A DNA stretch of 63,185 nucleotides, counting the filler, from Rhabdomonas costata (lineage: Eukaryota), in assembly GCA_019059605.1 (NCBI GenBank). It is 46 parts of 46 records of this genome, joined end to end, with 100 filler letters (N's around TTAATTAATTAA, not from the genome) between each part and the next. Parts side by side here need not be neighbours in the genome. Positions count along the whole stretch, not along the records: positions 34,402 to 35,677 come from JAHMHO010020986.1; positions 35,778 to 37,053 come from JAHMHO010020987.1; positions 37,154 to 38,429 come from JAHMHO010020988.1; positions 38,530 to 39,805 come from JAHMHO010020989.1; positions 39,906 to 41,181 come from JAHMHO010020990.1; positions 41,282 to 42,557 come from JAHMHO010020991.1; positions 42,658 to 43,933 come from JAHMHO010020992.1; positions 44,034 to 45,309 come from JAHMHO010020993.1; 38 more parts are not named here. One strand, written 5' to 3'. The position numbers were made by a program, and so were the translations under genes. The notes beneath the pieces were generated by a model, which saw nothing but the letters and a program-made list of their open reading frames with translations, had not been told where the DNA came from and searched no databases. Shown here piece after piece: positions 35,048-47,975 of this stretch; positions within the stretch are counted from its first letter, which is position 1, and each line of letters begins with the position of its first letter.

Positions 35048-35338
35048 GTGCGACCTACCTTGGTTGCTTCGCTGAGAATCTTAACCAGGAATTGAAGGAG
35101 TTTCCTTACCAGTCCGACCTCCAGTACACCCCGCAGACCTGCGTCGCGCTTTGCCGCGGGCTGGGCTACCGCTACGCCGGGCTGCAGAACGTCTACTACC
35201 AACAGGGCGCGTGCTACTGCGGCAACAGCTACGGGAAGTGGGGGCCCTCGAACCGCTGCAATGTCCCATGCGTCGCGGACTCCACTCAGATTTGTGGCGG
35301 CTACGGTGCCAACAGCATTTACTCCATCAACGCTACCG
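35048..35338 (+). CDS. WSC carbohydrate-binding domain encoded by a single phase 1-1 exon
   Basis: YLGCF...TPQTCVALCRGLGYRYAGLQ...CYCGNSYG...CNVPCVADSTQICGGYGANSIY, the full 8-Cys WSC pattern. Confidence 0.93.
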
Positions 35339-35612
35339 GTGTGCATCTGTTGCCTTGGGTCAGTGCAGACGTTGAGGAACCCTTCCAACTCTTCGAGCAA
35401 ATTGTCTTTTGCACCCGGGGGTGAAACCTATTCCTATACATTCACGCACACGCAGGGGGAAGGGAACCAGAATTGAAGCTGCATGAATGAGCGGAGCTCA
35501 CAAATAAAGCAATTTACAGCGAAAACACAGGACCAAGTGACTTGCAGGGGGATTGTGAATGTTGAAAAGGCCGAGAACGGGAGGGGAAGGAAAAAAACGA
35601 AGGAAAAAAAGG

Positions 35613-35671
35613 CAGGAGGACAAGAGGACAGGAGGACAAGAGGACAGGAGGACAAGAGGACAGGAGGACAA
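35613..35671 (+). repeat. 16-bp minisatellite x3.7
   Basis: CAGGAGGACAAGAGGA in tandem. Confidence 0.95.
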
Positions 35672-38600
35672 CAAAACNNNNNNNNNNNNNNNNNNNNNNN
35701 NNNNNNNNNNNNNNNNNNNNNTTAATTAATTAANNNNNNNNNNNNNNNNNNNNNNNNNNNNNNNNNNNNNNNNNNNNGGGTTTTGGGGTGAATGGTCGAT
35801 TCCGCGAAAAGGTCAGTGTGTGTTTTGCACGGGTGAGTGCGTGTCTGCGGGTTGCAGAGGAGGGGACGCCATACAGAGGTCTCCCCCCACTCTCTTCCCA
35901 CTGTTACCCCACTTCCCATAGCTAATAGGTCTCTGCCTTGGCAATTCCTCATGGAACCACTGGCCCTCGGGTTTGGATTTCCCCACCGCGGGCCATGGCT
36001 TCGCCGCAGCCGCCTCGTGTCTGCGTGCGCGCATCGCGTGATTGTGCATTTTGGAAACGTTCCCTGTGGTGTGAAGAGGGAAGAAGGCCCCCTCTCCCCT
36101 ACTTAGCCATCCCTCCTCACCGGCATTGTAACCTCTGCCGTTGTGTCTGCTTACTGCTTGCTCTCGCTTGTTGCAAGCGTTTCGTGCACACCTCTCTCTC
36201 CCCCTCTGAGACGTCTGCACGCAAAACGGAGTGTCCACGCCCGCACGCATTGTACTTTTTGCTAAGTTTTTTCTTTGCCACCTTGAGAAAGAGGGTGCGG
36301 AGTTGAATTGCATTGCAGATAACGTATGTTAACTGTAAATGTGCGAACTCAAACATAAAGGAGGTTGCACCGTGAAGAAAGAACCTATGCTTTTAGGGTA
36401 ATGACAGGTTATCCCACGCAAAAGGCCAGCGTTCGAAATTTTATGAAAAACATCATACTGGAATTCATTGCACACTATTCTCTTGCTTTTGGGTGTTGCT
36501 TGCATTTTGCAGACCACACTTTCAATGGAGAGTTTACAACCTTGGACACTTTTGAGAAGGGATCGTTCATGTGCATGTGCTGCCAAAATGCAGAAGCATA
36601 TATGCAGGCCAAAAAGACTTCGGTTCGAAATACTGCGGGTTCTCGGTTTCGGAATTTCAGCTGGCATTGCATTTTTACCCAGCAGCACTTTTGCAAATTA
36701 GGCGCAAAAAAATACAGCATGCCTTCCTGTGCACGAGGTGTGCCTTCACCTTTCCATATTTGTTGGCTGCGCAATGTGCTAGGGGACTTTCTATCAGCAG
36801 AAGCTTTTTTACCTGACCTATTCTCATCCATGCTTTGGGTAGAAATTTCACATTGGTCAACAATAAATTAGTCCGAATGTCTCAAAACCACTTCACGAGA
36901 ACAAAAGAAGCTCCATGACGAAACAAGCTTATGAGTATGAAAGAGAGTGTGTTTGCGGAAACGATGTCGGCAGCAAGGCACATTGTATTCTTGAAGAATG
37001 GTGGCTGAATCTTCTTTTTTATTTTTACGTCCTTGTCGTCAGCCACAAACAACNNNNNNNNNNNNNNNNNNNNNNNNNNNNNNNNNNNNNNNNNNNNTTA
37101 ATTAATTAANNNNNNNNNNNNNNNNNNNNNNNNNNNNNNNNNNNNNNNNNNNNGGTGGTGGGGCTCCACCTGTGGTTTACAGAGGCTCCTTGAGTTGATT
37201 GCGACATAACTGCATTTTGTCGTCCACTGCCCAATCGAGTGGTCCTTCCAGTAGAAATAGAAGCGTGAGGGATCTTCCGCTGCCGCAGTGATGTTTGATT
37301 CGACTGAGTTGCCGCGATAGTTGGCTCTTTTACCTCACCAGGGGAACTGTGACCCCACAATACCCCTGCAAAGGGTGCCAAGGGTGCAAAGCTACATCTG
37401 ATCAAGCTCTTCATCTAATCAAGGGTCCGGTCTATAGGGGGAAGGGCGTTAAACGGTATAACGGTGTTATACGACGAGGGACGAAACTAAATCTTCGGTT
37501 TGAAGTGTATCGCCACGAACTATTGAAATCTAATCCCTGGGAACGTCCCCGCCTCAGCCGCCCGCTCCGGCCGCGCCGCGGGCTATATTCAGCCAATAAA
37601 CTAATCGAATCCCAATAGCCCAGCAAGGAATGAGTTCCTACCACCAGTGTACGGGCCAACGCAAAAGACATCGGAATGGCCAAAAATTGCTTTTTCATAT
37701 ACCGCCCCATGACCGGCGTTATACCGTGTAAAGGCATTATATAGTAGGCTCCACCGTAAACTGAGACTTTCGTCGAAGCCGTTCAAGCACTGGGTTTAAG
37801 GCTGAGCGGCACTAAATCATGACAGTCAGTGTGTCGGCTGATGTTTGACGTTGAAGGTGCACGCCGTCCACCCGAAACACGGCACCCCATGGTAAGGCTG
37901 AGGGAGGAATGGCCCAGAAAACGTGGTGCTGCCGTGTGGAGCACCACGGAAAGATTAAGATAAAGGGCAGTCAAGCCCTTTGGGGGGGGGGGAGTTCTAA
38001 CGCTAGTCGCAAAGGGCACAAAGAGCACAGGAGGTCGAGAAAGAACCAGTTGCCGAGGCGGCGTCCATGACTTGGACAGCCAAAAGGAGAATCTGGCGCT
38101 GGACGGGCCAGTCCCAGCTGCGGATAAAAAGAACGACCTCCTTTCCAAACCAAGTTGCGGGGAAGGCAATATACTGGAAAATGCAAGACAGACAGCGGAG
38201 ACAGACCGTGAGTAATTTATTGCCGTAATAAACCATGAATGACAATTGTTCAAGGTGTTACCAACTTGCATCACATCAGACCCAGCAAATGTATCGCCTT
38301 GAATACGACAGTAAACCTCCCTCGCTCCATGCGGCACCAACACACTGCAAAAGAAAGCTAAGGAACCCGTAAGACCGCTGTTAAATGACATTCACAACTG
38401 TGGCCACAAACACCAAACACACCCACCACNNNNNNNNNNNNNNNNNNNNNNNNNNNNNNNNNNNNNNNNNNNNTTAATTAATTAANNNNNNNNNNNNNNN
38501 NNNNNNNNNNNNNNNNNNNNNNNNNNNNNGGTTTGGTTGCGGACTTCTTTCCGTTTGATTATCGAGAGGCTTCAGAGCTGGAGGGGCATGCAGTCTCCTA

Positions 38601-38873
38601 TAACCCCCAACGCCCTCCCCTCACACCCGTTATTCATGTAAACTGCCGGTGGGTTGAAAATGTGGACTTGACACCAGCTTCTTTTTCCGCTTTCGATGTG
38701 TGGTACCTAAACTTGAGAGAGACCCACCTGACTAACGATGTGGTTGTGGTGTTGGGCTGCGAGTGCCTTTAACTCTTTGCCGCTTATTGGAGGTTGCACG
38801 CTGGTGGTGGCACGCGTTCCACCTGACTAGGGTTTCAGGTTTTTCTACCAAAAGTCCGACTTCCCGTCTTCAG

Positions 38874-38991
38874 GTACGATCTGCAAGGCTGGGCGCGATA
38901 CCGGGCCTGGGAGCAATTCCACGGGTTGGATCAGGAGACCGCAATGAATGAGTACATCAAAACTGTTAAGAGCTTCAACTACTCTTGGTGA
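38874..38991 (+). CDS. ACBP: Acyl-CoA-binding protein domain, last exon
   Basis: YDLQGWARYRAWEQFHGLDQETAMNEYIKTVKSFNYSW* matches D-x-x-G-x-AKW-x-AW...G...AM-x-x-YI-x-x-V. CTTCAG acceptor. Absent from the ORF track. Confidence 0.85.
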
Positions 38992-41900
38992 GGCTGTGGG
39001 CTGCAGGCCATCAGTGCAGTGCGTCCCTCCTCGCGGAACGTCTTCGGCGTCCCGCGAGCTGCTCCTGCCTCCCCGTCCACCCGCTGCCTAAGCTTCCTTG
39101 TTGTTTGTTGTTTTAGCACTGCCGTTTTGCTTTGGTGTTGTTGAAACCGTTTATATCTCTGGCGCGGCAGCAACATATATGGCCAGTGATTACTGTTCGC
39201 TGTCCTTGAATCGTGACCCGCTTGTTTGCTTTTCTCCTTGGGATGTATGGCTTGGCTTATTGGACAAAAACGATGAACAGTGTCCGCGCAATCGCGCGAT
39301 TCTAACAATGGTTGTTTGCGGGCAACGAAACCGCGGGGGGAAATCCAGCCCAACGCTCATTGAGTGGGTGGTTATCTTGGCACCAAAGTTCCATTTTAAA
39401 GACATGGAAAGGAATGAAAAAGTTCACTTTTATAAAAAAGATAGTAGAATATTTATAATCTTTTTTGTGTAAAAGCAGGTTCTTCATGCACTGAGCACTG
39501 TTTTGTTGGACTAATCGTGCACCTATGAGCTTCTAATGCTCCTGCCATGCATTTTAATCGATTTCTCGAAAAAGTGCAAGATTTCTTAAACTTAGATCGA
39601 TAGATTCGCCATTCCACCATCTATCAACTGGCAGGATATTAAGGCAGTTGTAAGCTTAAGGTTGAAATGCTGCGATACTGAGTTTAATCGCGTAATTGGA
39701 TTGTTCCGTTCACTGTCACGGATGCTTGAGTAGATTTGCTGATGTAATTTCTTGCTGTCAAATGGAAGGCGCCTCGCCAGAGATATAAACGGTTTCAACC
39801 ACAACNNNNNNNNNNNNNNNNNNNNNNNNNNNNNNNNNNNNNNNNNNNNTTAATTAATTAANNNNNNNNNNNNNNNNNNNNNNNNNNNNNNNNNNNNNNN
39901 NNNNNGTGGTGGGTGTGTTTGGTGGGTGTGTGTGTGTGTGTGTGTGGACAAGAGGCTTCCCCATTTTCTGTTGTGTTTTTGTATGTGCTGGGCGCGCTGC
40001 TCTTTCAGTCGACACTACAATGGAGGACAGGTCGAGGGAGAGAGGAAATCTTCTGGCATCCGCAGCACCGACACAGCGTAACAGGCACACTCACCGTACG
40101 GGGAAGGGGAACAAGAAGCGCGTATGTTCTTGGGGAGAACAAACAGACCATACGCACACAATAGGGCCCTGAGGAATGCGGATTATTGCACAAGTCGAAA
40201 TCCCCCCCGAATGTACTTTCTCGGCTCGAGTGAAGAAAAATCACGCAAAGCACAGCTCACATTGCAGCCCGTTCCAACTGCAGGTAACCCCCTCCACGAA
40301 CACATGGACAAAGCCTCTTGCCTATTGCCTTTGCCTTTCCAAAATTTCAGGGCAAAAAGGTGCCGCCAAAAAGTCAGGATTGGGACTTACAGGGGAGGGG
40401 GGGGTGTTGAGGAATACACAAAGAAGGTCTTCGTCGTTAATTACACACGCACCGCTGCTTCTTGTGCCTTTGAGGCGCCCGATTTCCAATTTATTTGCTC
40501 CTCGTGTGCGACGTCTTTCTCTAACGTTCTCGAGGCATGTGCGGCTGCAGTTTTTTTTTCCACTTTCACTTTTGTCATGACACGAGCCATTTGCACGAAG
40601 GTGGACAAAGGGAAGCTGGAGGGGTCATCTGAGCTGACCCAAGCGGAGCTATAAAATGGGCCTGAGCGGAGAAACAGGCCTTCAGGGGCTAGCTTGCACT
40701 CAAAATAAATACTGATGACCGCAATTGACTGACAAGTCCAGGCGCAGTACGCATAAGGGTAAGGGGGGTGGGGAGACCGGATTTCCCAGATGTCCTTGAG
40801 GAAGACATGCTTGGTCTCGGCGGAATTCATACGCAAGCACCACCCGAACGAAATTTCTTCAGGTCGCAGTCGGAGCACAGTGCCACAAAGCGAGCCTGAA
40901 CAAACGCACCCCAAGCACAGGTAGCGTGGATCGCCCTCCAACACCCCTTAAAGTCTTCTTCTGAACGGAAAAAACAGGGAAGTATCGGTCGAGAATAACA
41001 GAAGATACGTGCGTTTCCCTCCAACCCGATGAAGACCCCTTCCCGACACCTTTTGGACATTCATCCTCGTATACGACCTGTTGATGGCGAGTAGGCACTA
41101 TCCAAGCCAAGTGTGTGTGTGTGTGTTGGCTGTTGCCTGGTTGCCTGGTTGCTTGGTTGTTGGTGACCACTCTGGACTGACNNNNNNNNNNNNNNNNNNN
41201 NNNNNNNNNNNNNNNNNNNNNNNNNTTAATTAATTAANNNNNNNNNNNNNNNNNNNNNNNNNNNNNNNNNNNNNNNNNNNNTTTCTTTAACTTGGTCGCC
41301 CTTTCTGCGTGGGTCCATTGGTTGTCGGCTTCGGGTTCGGCTTCGCAGGGTTTATAGGGCGAGGCAGTCTCCAATGGAACTTTGCCCAAAGAACTTGCGC
41401 TCCACAACCATTTCAGTGCTCAGCACAAAGCAATCCCTCGGGGGAAACTTTCTGGCGAGGAGCCATACCAGTGCGACCTGGGGCACCCCAGGCTCACGGG
41501 AAGCCCCAGCAGGGCCTCCCTCACCGCTCCCACCCGCGGGTCCGTCGCCCGGTCAGTGGCGAGATATACCGCACCACATCGCCAGCGCCCCACAAAGTCC
41601 CCGACCTGTGAGCCCAGGCTCTTCCCAGAGACGGCCAGGAACCGCAGCCTCAGGTGAATCGCACATACAACCTGCCACAAGCCCCACACAAATGTTTGAG
41701 GAACAGTTGAAGGAAAGGAAATTTTGGCGTAGGTGCTTTTTGAGGACCCCACCCCACCCCATTAACGTGCTTTTTACGGACACAAGGTGTGGACGAGACA
41801 TTCAGCCTGTGGGGTCCATAAATGCACCGTAAATGGGGAGGGAGTCCCCATAACGCAGCGCTGATTTAATTTAGGGGGTTTTTTTTTCTTTTCTTATTGT

Positions 41901-42716
41901 AAGCTCGCTTGAATCAAACGCAGCCCTTAATCACTGCGAGTTCCCTGCGTTTTTTCAGTTTTTGCAGTGGAGATAGAGACTTCCCTGGGCGGGTTCCCCA
42001 TTACTTGTTTGTTCTTTTGTTCACCACGGTATCCGAAACACGAAGAAGCAGGAGGAGAATTCCCGGTCTACTCCTGGGCAAGGAGGGAAATTGTGACCAC
42101 GAGGGGGATGGTGGGCACAAAATAAAGAAGAGTTGAAAGAAAGGAGAGTACCTGGAAACGTTCCCTTTCGGTGGTGTACTGGTTCGTTTGTACAAACCCT
42201 CGAAGACAGACATAAACAACCGGATGCGCGCTAATCAGCTATTTGGATTTTAATCTCCTTGTCTTTACTCACAGCCCTGGTGTGTTTCGGTTGATGTCAT
42301 GCAGTGTACTCCAAGGTGCTTGGATATTCCAGAGGGCAGACGCCCCACAAGCCGGCACATGCACAGAAAAGGACACCCCGCCTTTGGGCTGGTTTTTTGG
42401 CAATTAAAAGAGAGCAGAACCCAACCTCTTATTTTTTGAAAGCCCGTTGTCTCTCGTCTGCCCTGTCCCGCTGAGTTGAAAATCCCCCCTACGCATCAAG
42501 CATACCTGCATACACACTCCCTAGATGAAGTCGACCTGCCTCGTTTACCACAACCCCNNNNNNNNNNNNNNNNNNNNNNNNNNNNNNNNNNNNNNNNNNN
42601 NTTAATTAATTAANNNNNNNNNNNNNNNNNNNNNNNNNNNNNNNNNNNNNNNNNNNNGTGGGTGGTTCCATTGCCCCCTCCCTGCAGAACAGGTGCGTAA
42701 TCATGCTCTTGTCGAC

Positions 42717-43448
42717 CTTCCTTCGAATAATAACGAACCTGTTCTGAAGGGAGGGGGCAATGGAGCCCCCCTCCGCCATCGTCGCGACGACCGTAAAGCT
42801 GGGGCCCATCTTCAGCATCCTGCCCTCCAGCAGAAGCCTGGGGTTCTTCTCGTACAGGTTATTCGTGCCCTCGATCGCACTGGCAGGGGGCAGGTGGAGG
42901 TTCTTCAGCAGCAGAGTCTTTCCATTGGTGTAAGCCCTGGTGGCGGGGCCATCGACCCACGAAAAGCCTCCCGTGGGGGACGGCAGGACTGCCCCCAGGA
43001 GGTGGTCAGTGTCGGTCTCTGGGGTGAGCTGGACATACTCCAGCTTCCCCGGGTCATTACCCATGTACTCCCAAAAGGCCAGTAGGAGCTCTGTCTTGCC
43101 CGACCCCGGGGGCCCAACTACCAGCGCGGGTTGCCCACAGCGCTGACACTGCAGCAGCACCTTCCACGCCTCTTCGATGGCCTTGGTAATGACAAAGGTT
43201 CGACGATTTTCACCAGCGCAAAGCTCAGCTTTACGGGAGGCCTTGTTGTCGTCTGGTCGGACGAACACGAAGTTGGAGGTGCAGAAAGGGGTGCCCTTAT
43301 GCGGCAGGTCAGCAGCCTGCGTCGCACTGCTGGGCACCTCGCTTGTCACGGGGCACTTTTCTCGGGCTGTGCTCTTTTTGTTCTTTTCCATCTTCTTATC
43401 CTCGATCAGCTTTCTGGCTTGTTCGCGTGCCTCTGGCTCGGAGAAGAC
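42717..43448 (-). CDS. Midasin/dynein-related AAA_5 ATPase module, one long exon
   Basis: FVIT...PALVVGPPGSGKT (Walker A)...QLTPETDTDHLLG...FSWVDGPATRAYTNGKTLLLKNLHL...FTVVATM...SLQNRF. Walker B reads KN instead of DE. Confidence 0.8.
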
Positions 43449-46400
43449 CTGGGAGATGAGGGCATAAACGGGTGGTGAAAAAAAGAGCACAGGGCCTGAA
43501 GCCGAAGCCACTTTGGGAGGACTTTCTTATACAATAAGGCTATGCCTCGGCCTCGCTTCTCACCGGTCACTGAAACATCCGCCTATTGTGATGTCTTGTG
43601 CGAGAAAAAGACAGTGCAGAAGTGCGCTCGGGGCAACGCTAAAGCTGGTGGAGTAAATATTGGGGTCAAGCGCGAATGTGATTGCTATTTCTACCCCCTC
43701 CCTCCTTGCCTCTCTCTTTGCGCTTTGACCTCGATACCTCGCATAAAAAGCCACTTCAATCTGGAATGAGGGCTGCTCTGGCCCGTTGATGCACACGCGA
43801 TACATACGTGCATCTGCTCACACACCTGCAAACACCCCTCGGTTGAGAGAGATACAAACCCCCAGTTCCGAAGAGCACACCGGAGGGAGAACCAGGTGGG
43901 CAGCCTGGACGTGTTCCAGGCTGCCCACCCCCCNNNNNNNNNNNNNNNNNNNNNNNNNNNNNNNNNNNNNNNNNNNNTTAATTAATTAANNNNNNNNNNN
44001 NNNNNNNNNNNNNNNNNNNNNNNNNNNNNNNNNGGGTTTGTGGCGTATGCGAGAAACCGTTTTCACTGTGCTCTGGATTGCAGTCCCCGCAGCGTGGGTT
44101 TTCCTCGGGATCTGGCTCGCGGCCGGGTACCCCTCCCCCGCTGCCCGCGACTGTCCGCTCTGACTCTCGGCCCACCACCCCGTCCCGGACCGCCACACGT
44201 CCACCCCCCGAACCCGAGCCCGCGGCGGACGGGGAGGAGGATGACCGTGAGGAGTGAGGGGCTGTCCCTCTCTTTTCTCAGGCGTCATGTACAGTCCTTC
44301 GCGTTGCGTGCTGCAGTGCAACTTCAACCGCACCCAAGGGCTATCGTAGCATTGCGGCTGAAATTCGGCTTTGTTTGCCTTAGACGTCTTTTGCCCATGA
44401 AGCTGTTGTAGAGCGATTGGGATTCCTTCCTATTGCAGCTATCAGAGGAGAAGCTGAATACATGCCACCTGAAAAGTAGTTGTTATATAGCCTTCGAAAA
44501 GGAGCGTTTATGTCCAAGTGGAATATCACTGTGCAGTGCCTGCTGTCTTGCTGCCTTTGAACAAAGTGATCTTTGTTATGGTGTGATGAGTAGGAAAACT
44601 TTGCGAGCAATAACTTTGTGCAATGTCAGGGTGTTCAGCGACATGAAGCTAAAAGCATTCGCAGGAGCAAAAGACAGGACGAAAGGCAATCAATTGAAAT
44701 GATTGCTGCTTGCGAGTATGCGCCCTGTCGGCGAAAAGGGACACCCTCGCAGAACCTGATATGGAAACCACGTGAGATTGCATTCAAAAACGATCGTTTG
44801 TAAAAAAAAATGTTGCCTCAGCGACAGCCGGTATCCGAGCAATCGTAAGGAGGAAATTTCCACGTTACGGGTTCTCAGCCGTATTCAAGCATCTGGAACA
44901 TATGTATGGCGGGGGAGAACCTCTCTAATGTTGTTGGTGTGTCATTCCCTTCGTGGGGAGATGGCAAAAGCTCGGTAAGCTCCCTTTGTGCCTGCCTCTG
45001 AAGATTTGGAAGTACATTTCCATTTGCTCGGGTCGCACGGATGCACCACAAGTCCGGCTTCAGATCACTGTTATACTGTGATCCGTTCCTTCTCCTTATT
45101 TTTTTCCTCGTTTGGGCAACACCAGCATCGCCGCAGAGGCCCGGGCCAGGGCGAGACTGAGCTGACCCCAGAACGAGGAAGAAACCACCGCAGTTTTGAC
45201 TCCAGTGGCCCGCGCCTGTTTACGGATCAGGGTGCTTATGAAACCTTGAGCTTTGTGACGCCAAGCGCCTGTGGTCTCGGCCACCAGCAGTACGAAGTCC
45301 CAAACCACANNNNNNNNNNNNNNNNNNNNNNNNNNNNNNNNNNNNNNNNNNNNTTAATTAATTAANNNNNNNNNNNNNNNNNNNNNNNNNNNNNNNNNNN
45401 NNNNNNNNNTTCGCTTGCGCGTGAGCGTTTGACTGGAAACGCGAGAGTAACCACCACTCTAAACATAAAGGACTGCAAAGGCAAATCAACAGACAGAGTA
45501 ACGACAGAGCAAACGAGTAACGTAAAAGCCAATCGAGCATGAGGAGCGACAGCCTGTTCGTGGAACAGCCAGGACCAGGAAAGGGTGGGTGAGTATGTAA
45601 AAATTCCAAGAGCAAAAAAAGGATTCCTTTACGCAAAGGTTGGGTTGGTGGTTGCTAGGGAGAGAGAAGAGGAAGCGCACGGCATACGCTCGAAGATCCA
45701 CAAGAGTAAGCTCATGGACTGGAATTCGGGCATGTCGCTTGCCCATTTAATCCATCGACAAAAAAAGGAAGTTAGAAATCAGAAGAAACAGCCGACTTGG
45801 CTGCCTGCGGGGAATCGAAAGGTTCAAAACTGATGTACAATGAGGGGAAGTGAGGGGAGGGAGACGCATCATTCAGGTGGTGACTCCCTTGTAGGTGTTC
45901 CATTTCGCTTGCAATAGAGTCCCTCTTTTCGTACTCACAACACAGAAAAGATGAAGAACTCCGTCAGAGGATAACGTGCTCCAAAGACACGGGCGATACC
46001 GAGTCGTGATTGAAGGTCCGAATACGACGGGGTGCCCCAGTCACCCCGCTGTCAAAACACAGCACGTGCATTCATCATACAACTCAAGATTTCCTTCACT
46101 CCTCGCTCACACGGAGGTCGACCCCATTTGCATGTGTGTTTTCGCTTTATGGGTGCGCCTCCAGCCATCGCAGTGGTCTTTTCCCTTCCGGCGCCCACGT
46201 TTATGTTGTGCTTTCGTTTCTTGTCTGTGTTATTGGGTGCGGAAATAGAGACCGCCTTGGCGGGATCCTCTCCTTGCCCGGTTCTGGTACGGTTAATTCG
46301 TTTTCAACGAGCTCGCAGTGATCAAGCAGTGATCAAGGGGTGCGACGACCTAAAGCGAGCTTTTTTTTTACAGCAAACCCACAAAAAACGGTAAGCCGCC

Positions 46401-47699
46401 GATAAAAAAGGGTGCAAATACGCCCAAGAGGATCACTGTAGACAGGTGGTGAATTATAAACCATTGATCACCATAGAGCAAATCAACTAACGGAATGAAT
46501 GTATCTTCCCCACTTAGGTTATCACCAACAAATCGAAATCGAAAACGCTAAAAAGAAAAGGAATGTCCCCAATGGGAAAATTTCTTCGCCGATCACACAA
46601 TTTAAGCGAAGCTGTCGCGAAGCGAGCAAAACGCTTCAAAGGTCCAGAAACTGGAGTGCGGGGACATCTCTGCCTGCAACAACCCNNNNNNNNNNNNNNN
46701 NNNNNNNNNNNNNNNNNNNNNNNNNNNNNTTAATTAATTAANNNNNNNNNNNNNNNNNNNNNNNNNNNNNNNNNNNNNNNNNNNNGTGTAACAGCTGATG
46801 GAACTGGCGAGAAAGAAAGATTTTGGGGGGGGCACGGGGGCCGGCCTGTGTGTCCTGAAACTTTCACGATGCCATGGGCTCAGCGGCCCAAGATCGTAGG
46901 TGCTTCCGTGAGTTTACTCAGATCCTCTGTAGGGGTCGCTTATCATAGTGAGAGGTGGGATCACTTACCATCGCTATGCCGAGCAAAGACTGCTCCCAAT
47001 GCAGAAGCCTGATAAAAATCTATTTGAAAAATCCGCACAGCTTATGTGTGTGCCTTGCATCAGCACGGGAGCTAAAAGAAAAGCAGGGTAAAAGTCGGGC
47101 ACCTAATCATGTGACCCATAATTACGGAATTTCCGAAAAGGATTCACGGCGTGCCCCAAAAGTGATCGATGACAGGGGATGACAGAGAGATACGGCAGCC
47201 CAACGATCTTGACCGTAGATGGGCGTTAACCGTCTGGAAGCGCTTCGGCTCTTTTCTGACTCCTCAGAATCATGTGCGTCTAGGGGGCGGAAAAACAGTA
47301 AACCTGAGCCTACTTTCCATTTGGAGAAAATACACTTTTCCCGACCCCAGTACCATCGTCAAAAAAAAAAGTCAGGGGATTCAGACTGTCAATATTGAGC
47401 GCCCCCCCCCCGGAGAAAAAACTTCAATGACAGTCACGCCCAATTACCACACTGCGATACCCAATGAATATGTCCCACTGTCCCACACCATAACAACATC
47501 ATAGCACACATACCATTACAGAGAACACGCACACGTAAGAAGAAGAATACACGTGCGAGAGGAAGCATCCGAATTGAACAGCAGAACTTGGAGATATGCT
47601 TCGATAAACTTCGAAGTGCAGTGCCAGAACCGAGGAAGCAGATGGAGACGCAATAGAAGAGAAGGCCAAAAAATGTTCCCCAAGTTACTAATATTCACA

Positions 47700-47975
47700 T
47701 GATGAAAGGTTTCACACAGAGTTCATGCCTCAGACTGAGCCCTAGCACCGCCCCGGGACGCATCCCGCAGAGCGTGCTAAGCAGGGGGAGGCCCGCCTCC
47801 CTGGGGCTGAGCTCGTAGTGCAGGTGGACTTCCTGAAGCTGCTCACACCCCGCCAAAGTTGCCGCCAACCGGCTCAGGCTCTGCCCAAAGAACCTCCGGA
47901 AGCTCAGCCGCACGGTTACCGCCCGCTCCGGCGGAAACACAGAGAGGAGGGGGAGGCTGGCAAGGCACAGCCGCA
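47700..47975 (-). CDS. Probable exon, leucine-rich (RNI-like LRR?)
   Basis: GC3-rich SLSRLAATLAGCEQLQEVHLHY...LLSTL. Confidence 0.35.

Noticed and set aside
37430-37745. 11-bp inverted match (ACGGTATAACG) about 260 bp apart as MITE ends
   Set aside because: Too short, with no TSD or second copy.
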